IMG/VR virus record: IMGVR_UViG_3300031707_000001
Coordinates: 62,001 to 126,000 of that record
Length of the DNA: 64,000 nt
Reading direction: 5' to 3' (one strand)
Shown here one piece after another: positions 1 through 6,543 of this stretch (its first letter is position 1; the number at the start of each line of letters is the position of its first letter). Under the pieces are notes generated by a model. The model saw nothing but the letters and a program-made list of their open reading frames with translations, had not been told where the DNA came from and ran no database searches. The position numbers and the translations under genes were made by a program.

Positions 1-308
1 TTCAACAGGCAAAGGTGCTGGAAATGATCAAGCACCAGCAGGAAGTCTATAGCTGGCAGTTCATGTTCCTCGGTGCGAATATTGACGCCATCAAGGTTGC
101 CGCAAGCATCGGCATCAACGTAAAGTCAGCCATGACGTTTGCAGCCAATCATGTCGGCACGTCATCAGCTTATGCTGGCGTATCCCGCTGCCTGACCTCC
201 TACCGTTCGGGTGATATGCAGAATCTGGAGTTTGACAAGCAAAGCTACGATGATCAAGCGAATGCTGGCGCCAATGCTAAACTCAAAGGCAAGAAAACAA
301 CAGCATGA
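1..308 (+). CDS. vWA-domain protein, C-terminal part (truncated by window start)
   Basis: Frame is open from base 3. WQFMFLGANIDA...A..IGI motif is typical of the C-terminus of phage vWA proteins. Confidence 0.6.
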   Translation, partial: QQAKVLEMIKHQQEVYSWQFMFLGANIDAIKVAASIGINVKSAMTFAANHVGTSSAYAGVSRCLTSYRSGDMQNLEFDKQSYDDQANAGANAKLKGKKTTA

Positions 309-514
309 GTGATATCCAAATACGAGGATCGAGTTGGCAGGAAGTGCCGGACAAAGATGTCCGGCACGTCTGGCAGTGTCGCAATGACGATTGCGACGAA
401 CAACCCAGCGTAAACGTTATGCCTGACTATTACCAGGAAAGCGGTACGCCAATGTGCACAGAGTGTAACAAGCATATGCAATACGTTCGAACAGAAGTAC
501 GGAGGAAAGTATGA
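305..514 (+). CDS. small Cys-containing hypothetical protein
   Basis: ATGA overlap coupling with neighbours; CxxxxC/CxxC pairs. Confidence 0.6.
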   Translation: MSDIQIRGSSWQEVPDKDVRHVWQCRNDDCDEQPSVNVMPDYYQESGTPMCTECNKHMQYVRTEVRRKV

Positions 515-819
515 CCAGTTGGGAACGACTCGTATCACAGACAACGTCAGGTCGGTGGTTGCTCACAATTACAGCGGGCATATGCTTGCTGGCGATGACA
601 GCAGCTGATTGCTGGTATGTATGGGTAGGCAAGTTTGCTGCAAACAGTCCCCTGCCCTTCAGCGTTGAAGCCCTGTTGACCATTATCACGGCCGTCTTCA
701 TGGCCTACTTCGGCAAGGAAGGCCAAGCTGGATCTACCAGCAGTAATGGGAATAGCAACGGCAATGGGAATGGCAATGGGAACGGGGATCCCAAACTTCT
801 GACCCAGCACCAGCCATGA
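511..819 (+). CDS. two-TM membrane protein (holin-like?) with (NG)n tail
   Basis: Two hydrophobic segments followed by SNGNSNGNGNGNGNG; translationally coupled. Confidence 0.55.
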   Translation: MTSWERLVSQTTSGRWLLTITAGICLLAMTAADCWYVWVGKFAANSPLPFSVEALLTIITAVFMAYFGKEGQAGSTSSNGNSNGNGNGNGNGDPKLLTQHQP

Positions 820-1040
820 AAGCCTATCTGGCGATCGGTAACAACGAGCTTGAGCATATGCCTAAGCTAAAGAAGACCGAGGAATGTCCATCCTGTGGTA
901 AGAGCCACAGGGTGGATTTCGGTAAAGACAAGGATGGCGACCCGACCGACCTAGGTTTTGTAAAGTGTCCCAAAAGCAAGAAAGCATACTTGGTCGCTAT
1001 TGCCGGGAAACGTATTCCGAACAAGAAGGGCAAGCTGTGA
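816..1040 (+). CDS. small Zn-ribbon protein
   Basis: CPSCG ... VKCP; ATGA overlap. Confidence 0.6.
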   Translation: MKAYLAIGNNELEHMPKLKKTEECPSCGKSHRVDFGKDKDGDPTDLGFVKCPKSKKAYLVAIAGKRIPNKKGKL

Positions 1041-1345
1041 GCGAAAAGCCCTTTTGCATCCACTTTAACGATCGTCGAAAGGTCCTTGAACGTTTGCCTA
1101 AAGACGCCATAGTCTTGGACAATCGCAGGGATTCCTGGATGATCGTACGCTTGCCCGGGATGACATGGGATCAAGCCCGGGACTATTTCAAAGATGATGC
1201 CTTGATTGGTATCTGCGAACAGAAGGAGTATTTGGCAAATGAAAAAGCAGAAGTCGAAGTCGAACCCCACAAAGTCGACGCCGTGTTGGATGCCCATGGG
1301 GGCGGAGATAAAGGACCATGCGGAAAACGTGGCTGTGTCGTATGA
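1037..1345 (+). CDS. hypothetical protein
   Basis: GTG start overlapping the previous TGA; in-frame part of track ORF 965..1345. Confidence 0.55.
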   Translation: MSEKPFCIHFNDRRKVLERLPKDAIVLDNRRDSWMIVRLPGMTWDQARDYFKDDALIGICEQKEYLANEKAEVEVEPHKVDAVLDAHGGGDKGPCGKRGCVV

Positions 1346-1637
1346 TGTTTTCCGTGGCTTCTATTCCCGGTTTCGCAGGAAAGCTGGACTTCCTCCAGCA
1401 CGCAAGGATGCCTATGAAATGACTACCGCCCTGGCCGATAAGCTGGGACGGCTTTGTCGAATCGTCAAGCATCTGGAGCGCAAAGATCCACTCAAGAATT
1501 CCACAGCGATGATGGAAGAATGCGTGGCTGGAATGGTTGTCTATCTGGAGATGTTGGCCCAGCGGTACAAGCTCGACTTGATGTCAGGGTTTGCCCGTGA
1601 GCTGATGAAGGCCGTAGTCCAGCACGGAAATAAATAA
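1296..1637 (+). CDS. MazG-like all-helical protein, apparently degenerate (start uncertain)
   Basis: LADKLGRLCRIVK...EECVAGMVVYLEMLAQRYKLDL follows the MazG pattern LxEExGEL..VK...EELAD..YL..LA...+DL but lacks the first acidic cluster. Confidence 0.4.
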   Translation: MGAEIKDHAENVAVSYDVFRGFYSRFRRKAGLPPARKDAYEMTTALADKLGRLCRIVKHLERKDPLKNSTAMMEECVAGMVVYLEMLAQRYKLDLMSGFARELMKAVVQHGNK

Positions 1638-1642
1638 ACATT

Positions 1643-1760
1643 GGCAGGGTAGCTCAGTTGGTAGAGCACGTAATCGTACAGTTTGTATGAACTGGCTACA
1701 GCAACCAAAATTACCCTTATAAGGTCGTGGTCGTGGGTTCGAATCCCACCCCTGCCACCA
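1643..1760 (+). tRNA. tRNA-like gene (Ile, anticodon TAT, if the insert is removed) with a 42-nt insert in the anticodon stem
   Basis: Acceptor GGCAGGG/CCCTGCC+A+CCA, D arm GCTC-AGTTGGTA-GAGC, T arm GTGGG-TTCGAAT-CCCAC. Removing 1671-1712 gives CGACC-CTTATAA-GGTCG. Confidence 0.75.
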
Positions 1761-1762
1761 AT

Positions 1763-1874
1763 CGGATCGGAGTGTAACGGTAGCACAGCGGTAAATATGT
1801 ACAGATTGTATAATCTGTCTACAGCCATCAAAATGGAACCGCAGGACCAGGTTCAATTCCTGGCGATCCGACCA
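1763..1874 (+). tRNA. tRNA-like gene (Pro-like C1:G72/A73 acceptor) with a 45-nt anticodon loop
   Basis: Acceptor CGGATCG/CGATCCG+A+CCA, D arm GTGT-AACGGTA-GCAC, anticodon stem GCGGT/ACCGC enclosing 1793-1837, T arm CCAGG-TTCAATT-CCTGG. Confidence 0.7.
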
Positions 1875-1876
1875 TT

Positions 1877-1914
1877 CTTAATTTCAGGTGCAAGTGCGTT
1901 ATAATACATGTAGG
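1877..1914 (+). promoter_or_regulatory. repeated promoter-like element CTTAAT-N17-TATAAT (copy 1)
   Basis: CTTAAT 1877-1882, 17-nt spacer, TATAAT 1900-1905, then ACATGTAGG. Same layout at 10384, 16282 and 16729. Confidence 0.6.
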
Positions 1915-2020
1915 AAATAATACTCTCGCCGACCCGGCAGATGAAATCACAAATACAGCTGCCACGGTTTTCGGCAGAGCATCCTACAGAAGAACAGCCG
2001 ATAGGCGTTCTTCTTTCCTA

Positions 2021-2050
2021 TTGACTATCCTAGTACCTACGTGGTACTGT
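2021..2050 (+). promoter_or_regulatory. sigma70-like promoter for the small-RNA/DUF2828 unit
   Basis: TTGACT 2021-2026, 18 nt, TG-n-TACTGT 2042-2050. Predicted start falls just before the first stem unit at ~2059. Confidence 0.5.
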
Positions 2051-2058
2051 TTCTCCTC

Positions 2059-2497
2059 AAAGGCTGTCTACAGCAGACAATCTACACGTAAGTATAGAGT
2101 GTACAGCCTGTTCTCCGATTTTGATGCGTAAGGGTGGATACTGCAAACAAATATCTGGGTAACCAGAATAAATGAAACATGACCGGTGCTTGAAACACTG
2201 GTCCACCCGAGGGTACCTCCGGGTGAGTGGGTACCTCCTGGCCACAGCCATAGGCAATCCTGTGGGACCACTCTGTGCATCGATACTTTTAAGGGTGTCT
2301 GCAGCAACCAATATAGCCTGAAAAGCTAACCATCTGTACACCCTGTTTATGAGCGTAAGGATAACTACCGCAACCTAAAAAATTTGCCTTCAACGCAAAC
2401 CAATGCGTATCCTGTGCTCACCCTCTATTTTTCATTTTAAGGCTGTCTGCAGCAACTCAAAATATCATACCATTCGCATGATATGTACAGCCTGTTT
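2059..2497 (+). ncRNA. cluster of five related small stem-closed RNAs (Y-RNA-like candidates)
   Basis: Units at 2061-2109 (AGGCTGT/ACAGCCT), 2132-2208 (GGGTGGA/TCCACCC), 2292-2344 (AGGGTGT/ACACCCT), 2358-2413 (AGGATA/TATCCT) and 2440-2493 (AGGCTGT/ACAGCCT). Each 5' stem is followed by a CT(A/G)CAGCA-like motif and an A-rich tract. Confidence 0.65.
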
Positions 2498-2544
2498 ATT
2501 TTGTCCACAATACATCAACCTAAACCTAAGGAAGGAGTTGGCCG

Positions 2545-4149
2545 ATGATCAGAGGACACAATAAGGATGTGCTCTACGAGCACACGTTAGACCATGCCCT
2601 GGAATTCTTCAGCAAGGCCGGCAGCTTATACGTCATGGGACCACGGGGTCGTAAGCCCTTTGAGCCCTATGGCGGCGAGCATGCTGAAACGTCTGCGCTG
2701 GCATTGTTCCAGGCCGTTTGGGCCGTCAACTACAGGGAAGCACACCTCGATGCTATGCGGCTGTTGTTCTGGCTGCGTGACTGTCGGGGAGGGGCGGGTA
2801 ACCGTTCCGGCTTCCGTTCTTGTCTTCACTGGCTGGCAACCGATGCCGGTCCGGAGGCCAGGGAGTGGTTGAAGCTAAACCTGTCTCGGATTCCCGAGCA
2901 TGGTCGTATGGATGATCTTGAATGCCTGTTTGGTACGCCTCTGGAACCGGAGGCTGCCAAGCTATGGGCAGCAGGCATCAAAGCAGCCGATCACTACGCC
3001 TTGAAATGGGCCAAGCGGAACATGCGTCCGCTGCAGAAGGTCCTGGGCGTGAACGAAGCCGGTCTGAGAAAGCTTTTGTCAAAGCCGGAGAGAAAGACAG
3101 TTGAGCAGCACATGTGCTCCAACTTGTCCATTTGTCCACATTGCAAGAAACTGACCCACTGGTCAAAGCCATCAACAAAGAACACAGGTAACCCGTGGGA
3201 TCGAGCAGGTGAAGGCACGTTGGCTACCGATCTTTATGCGTGTTCCGAATGCGGGACTATGCAACGAGGGCCAATCAAGTGGGAGCCGATCGAGTACAAA
3301 GCTGTGCCGTCCAAGGCCATGAAGGCATATGCAAAAGCATTTGCCAAGCACGACCCGGAAGGATTTACAGGCTTCAAGGATAAGCTGAAGAAGGGTGAGA
3401 CCAAGGTTAATGCTTCAGTCCTGTTTCCACACGACTGCAAGCATGGGGTTGACAACGGTGATCCCGAAATCGCCGATGCCCAGTTCGATGCTTTGCCCGA
3501 CTACATGGGCAAGACCAACCAGCGCATCATGTGCCTGGTGGATACTTCAGGCAGTATGAGCGCTGCCGTCGCAGGCGGTACAGTCATGCGGATCGACGTG
3601 TCGGTTTCGCTTGGCTTGTATTGCAGTGACCGATTGGGCAAAGAGAATCCACTGTACCGGAAGTATATGGAGTTCTCCTCCAATCCATCCTTCAAGGATT
3701 GGAAAGGCAAGAAGTTCTCTGAAGCTTGTCAGGACCAGGATGGGTGGTGTGGCTCGACTAACATCGAAGCCGCATTGGACTTCCTTCTGGCCTTCGCCAA
3801 GAAGCAGAAGATTCAGCCGGAATATATGATCAATACACTGTTGATCCTATCAGATATGCAATTCGATCAGGGTACGGGAGCAGGCAATACCAATCGAACC
3901 GTGGTAGAGAATTGCATGATACGTTGGGCAGACGCAGGTTACGACATACCTAAAATTGTTTACTGGAACCTCGCTGGGTACGCCGGACAGCCGGCAACTT
4001 CCCAGTCTGAGAATATCGGACTCGTGTCTGGTTTCTCGCCTTCTGTTCTGAAGGCGATCTTGGCCGGTGATGATTTTAGTCCTGTCGCTATCATGCGCCG
4101 AGCCCTGGATAAATACCAGGTAACGGCTCCCGCAAATAAGAGCCGATGA
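2545..4149 (+). CDS. DUF2828-family protein (TROVE/Ro60-like helical domain + C-terminal vWA)
   Basis: LFWLRDCRGGAGNR, IPEHGRMDDL, VEQHMC..W..IEYKAVPSKAM, CLVDTSGSM (MIDAS), GSTN, LILSDMQFD, IVYWNL, GLVSGFSP. RBS AAGGAG. Confidence 0.85.
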   Translation: MIRGHNKDVLYEHTLDHALEFFSKAGSLYVMGPRGRKPFEPYGGEHAETSALALFQAVWAVNYREAHLDAMRLLFWLRDCRGGAGNRSGFRSCLHWLATDAGPEAREWLKLNLSRIPEHGRMDDLECLFGTPLEPEAAKLWAAGIKAADHYALKWAKRNMRPLQKVLGVNEAGLRKLLSKPERKTVEQHMCSNLSICPHCKKLTHWSKPSTKNTGNPWDRAGEGTLATDLYACSECGTMQRGPIKWEPIEYKAVPSKAMKAYAKAFAKHDPEGFTGFKDKLKKGETKVNASVLFPHDCKHGVDNGDPEIADAQFDALPDYMGKTNQRIMCLVDTSGSMSAAVAGGTVMRIDVSVSLGLYCSDRLGKENPLYRKYMEFSSNPSFKDWKGKKFSEACQDQDGWCGSTNIEAALDFLLAFAKKQKIQPEYMINTLLILSDMQFDQGTGAGNTNRTVVENCMIRWADAGYDIPKIVYWNLAGYAGQPATSQSENIGLVSGFSPSVLKAILAGDDFSPVAIMRRALDKYQVTAPANKSR

Positions 4150-4161
4150 TTTGAACCTACC

Positions 4162-4197
4162 GTGTGGCTGGGGGTTTTCCCCAGCCACACTTACTTT
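4162..4197 (+). terminator. intrinsic terminator after the DUF2828 gene
   Basis: 12-bp stem GTGTGGCTGGGG/CCCCAGCCACAC followed by TTACTTT. Confidence 0.75.
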
Positions 4198-4247
4198 GCT
4201 ATTGCATTTTTATGGGTTGCAACCCACCAGCAGCAAGCTGGGTTCCT

Positions 4248-4276
4248 TTGAGTAGAACATCGAACCGTGCCATAAT
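4248..4276 (+). promoter_or_regulatory. sigma70-like promoter of the RAMP-array operon
   Basis: TTGAGT 4248-4253, 17 nt, TG-n-CATAAT 4268-4276. GAGGT RBS precedes GTG at 4300. Confidence 0.55.
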
Positions 4277-4299
4277 TACAAGGCACAATGAGGTGAACA

Positions 4300-5049
4300 G
4301 TGAGTAAGGAAAGCAAGTTGAGTAGTTTGACGAAGTGGGTAAAGGTCCGGTTGACGTTCATAGAAGACACGTTGGCCACGAATCCGGAAGACAAAGAACT
4401 CCACGATCGGTTCATTTCCAGCAAGGCGCCGGACGGTTCCGAGCGCAAGCTGGAGAACGACAGTCTGGAAGTTCGGGAGAAGATGGGCACAACCATCTTC
4501 CTGCGGGATCCCAAGACCGGTCAGTTCTGGATGGGAAACCATATGCTTAAGGGTTTCCTGAAAGCAGCCGGCGAAGTCTTCCGGGTCACCGAAGAAGAAC
4601 CGGAAGTCGCCGAAGAGAAGAAGCCTGAGGAAAATGGGAAGGACAAGAAGCCCAAGAAGGTGTCCAAGCAATGGGGCAACATCACGGGCAAGATCAACCA
4701 ATTGGTGAAAGTATACCCCAAGCAGATGTTCATCAATAGTCCGGGCGACAAACCCACCACGGCGCCGGATAGCATCTTGCAGAGAAGTCTGCGTGCTCAA
4801 ACCCAACAGGGACCCAGAGTAGCCCTGGCAAAATCCGAAGCCGTCCAAGCGGGATCGTATCTGGACGCCACAATCATGCTCATCGGCGACAAGCCGGTGA
4901 CCATGGCCATGATCAAGGAATGCCTTGACTATGGGCTGGTCCACGGTCTTGGACAGTGGAGAAATGCCGGCTACGGCGCCTTCACATACGAGATCCTGGA
5001 GGAAGGTGAAGGTCTTCCCGAGGAAGCCAGAGCTTTCTTGAAAGCGTAA
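4300..5049 (+). CDS. stand-alone Cas7/Csm3-like RAMP-superfamily protein
   Basis: N-terminal strand VRLTFIEDTLAT, helix MLKGFLKAA, thumb-like RSLRAQTQQGPRVALAKSEAV, C-terminal G-rich loop LDYGLVHGLGQWRNAGYGAF. No other cas gene in the window. Confidence 0.8.
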   Translation: MSKESKLSSLTKWVKVRLTFIEDTLATNPEDKELHDRFISSKAPDGSERKLENDSLEVREKMGTTIFLRDPKTGQFWMGNHMLKGFLKAAGEVFRVTEEEPEVAEEKKPEENGKDKKPKKVSKQWGNITGKINQLVKVYPKQMFINSPGDKPTTAPDSILQRSLRAQTQQGPRVALAKSEAVQAGSYLDATIMLIGDKPVTMAMIKECLDYGLVHGLGQWRNAGYGAFTYEILEEGEGLPEEARAFLKA

Positions 5050-5058
5050 CGCTACAAT

Positions 5059-5098
5059 GGGAATAGGGCCAGTCGCCTAGCGTTTGAGCCCTATTCCC
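5059..5098 (+). promoter_or_regulatory. hairpin between the RAMP stop codon and the array
   Basis: Perfect 11-bp inverted repeat GGGAATAGGGC (5059-5069) / GCCCTATTCCC (5088-5098). Confidence 0.7.
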
Positions 5099-5105
5099 TA
5101 CTCTC

Positions 5106-5940
5106 CTTGTGCAGTAAAGCCAATTAAGCGAGAGTTGTGTACGGTGAGGTTTGGTGATGGTGACGTTGGGTGGCGTTTGGTGCGGTGATGTCCGGTGTCG
5201 GTAAAGTGGGGTAACGTCACGTGCTGTATGAGTAGTGTTCGGTCTTGTCCTGCCACGTCTAGTAACAGTGTTGCGCTGCGTGGTTCGGTCTAGTTACAGT
5301 GGTGTGGGGCGCTCTGTAGTCCAGTACTGTCATGGTTATGTGAAATACTGTCTAGTTAAGGTGGAGTAAAGTCCTGTATCGTCAGGTTCTGGTGATGTGG
5401 AGTTTAGTCCCATATCGTCAGGGTGAGGTATTGCCGAGTGATGTGCGGTGACGTAGTGTCCGGTTTCGTGATGCGTAGGTAATGTCTAGCCCGGCATTGT
5501 CGAGCAATAGTGTTGTGTGGTCCGGTACTGCGTGGTCCGGTATAGGTAATGTATAGCACAGTGATGTGATGCATAGTTTTGGTGGTGTTTGCTAAAGCTA
5601 TGTGCAGTAATGGTGGAGTGCGGTCCAGCCATGTTTCGTGTGGGTCAAGTCAAGCCTTGCCAAGTCTCGTTTCGGTTCCTCATATGTGTAGTGATGCGGC
5701 GTTACGGTGGCGTCATGCCATGCGAGGTGATGTGATGGTAGCGTCAGGCAGCGTAAAGCTGAGTGTTGGTGTCGTAAAGTTCAGCCAAGTCCGTGTAGGG
5801 TTCTGTGCGGTCCTGTTGAGGTGTGGCAAAGCGCTGTTAGGCCATGGTTTGGTTGGGTCTAGTCGAGCGGTGTCACGGTCATGTGAAGCCAGGTCGACTA
5901 CAGTGATGGTGTAGTTGAGTCAAGTGTTGCGCCGTGGTGC
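5106..5940 (+). ncRNA. periodic NNN-GY pentamer array with NNN-RGT hexamer punctuation (putative guide-RNA array)
   Basis: Hand parse gives ~160 units. Over 90% of pentamers end in GT/GC (9 exceptions counted), and 24 hexamers end in GGT (20) or AGT (4), with modal spacing 31 nt. Confidence 0.85.
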
Positions 5941-5943
5941 TTC

Positions 5944-5976
5944 GGGCTCCCTGCTGTCGGGGAGCCCTTTCTTTTC
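5944..5976 (+). terminator. intrinsic terminator closing the array
   Basis: GGGCTCCC/GGGAGCCC 8-bp stem followed by TTTCTTTT, 3 nt after the last pentamer. Confidence 0.85.
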
Positions 5977-6016
5977 AAACATTCAACAATTGGTTTTTAA
6001 CTTAGAAAGGAACAGC

Positions 6017-6145
6017 ATGAAGAAAGGATATACGTTGGTTGAAGTAATGATTGCTGTTGTTTTCCTGGCTATAGCGATTGCTGTAGTAATGGGGGCAATA
6101 CAATCAACCGGGTGTGGCCGGTTTATAGGAGATATGCTTCGATGA
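6017..6145 (+). CDS. 42-aa peptide with a type IV prepilin N-terminal cleavage/methylation motif
   Basis: MKKG|YTLVEVMIAVVFLAIAIAVV matches the class III signal G|FTLxE followed by a hydrophobic helix. AAGGAA RBS. Confidence 0.7.
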   Translation: MKKGYTLVEVMIAVVFLAIAIAVVMGAIQSTGCGRFIGDMLR

Positions 6146-6339
6146 TTATAATCCAGGATGGTGTATGGAAATCCGAATGTATAGCTGCAATAGATATGGA
6201 AGACTGTTATGTCCATATCTTTCCATTAAACTGTGCCAATGCTGTGCCCTATGCATTTGATACCAAAGATGAAACTGTAAAAGCATACAAGCAGGCAGTA
6301 CAACAATGGAAGTTTGAGTTAGGATTAACCGAGAACTGA
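6142..6339 (+). CDS. hypothetical protein
   Basis: ATGA-coupled to the pilin-like ORF. Confidence 0.55.
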   Translation: MIIIQDGVWKSECIAAIDMEDCYVHIFPLNCANAVPYAFDTKDETVKAYKQAVQQWKFELGLTEN

Positions 6340-6543
6340 AGGAGTAAACGCTATAAAAACAGCCAAGCATAGCTTCTTGGATAGTAAGGGACGCTGCTGG
6401 ACTGCCTGCTCCGAGTGTGAGCGTGGTGGTAATGGATCTGACACGGACAAGTGTATGTGTGGTTATCACATAAGAAGATTCAATAAACTCGGATGTTTTA
6501 TTGGTATACTGTTAAAAGGAATAAAAGCAAAGGAGTGAAAGGT

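Noticed and set aside
745-790. AAYGGN repeat encoding (NG)n
   Set aside because: Ordinary low-complexity coding tail; no further structure seen.
1671-1837. Group I/II intron or archaeal bulge-helix-bulge intron explanation for the tRNA inserts
   Set aside because: Inserts are about 40 nt, far too short for self-splicing introns, and I could not draw a convincing BHB motif at the junctions.
4276-4944. 222-aa minus-strand ORF opposite the RAMP gene (likewise 35938-36717, 51647-52672, 45622-46353 and others)
   Set aside because: Antisense shadows of well-supported plus-strand genes, with no recognisable motifs.
5579-5914. 111-aa plus-strand ORF inside the pentamer array
   Set aside because: No RBS, V/S/G/C/R-biased composition expected from a GT-periodic sequence, and it covers only part of the array; most likely a by-product.
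5106-5940. Idea that the variable triplets, concatenated, spell a hidden protein
   Set aside because: Hand concatenation gives 6 stop codons in about 160 triplets, close to random expectation, although one stretch of roughly 75 triplets is stop-free.
5106-5940. Classical CRISPR array or simple microsatellite
   Set aside because: No identical 23-50 nt direct repeats with unique spacers, and the units are not copies of one another; only positions 4-5 of each pentamer are conserved.
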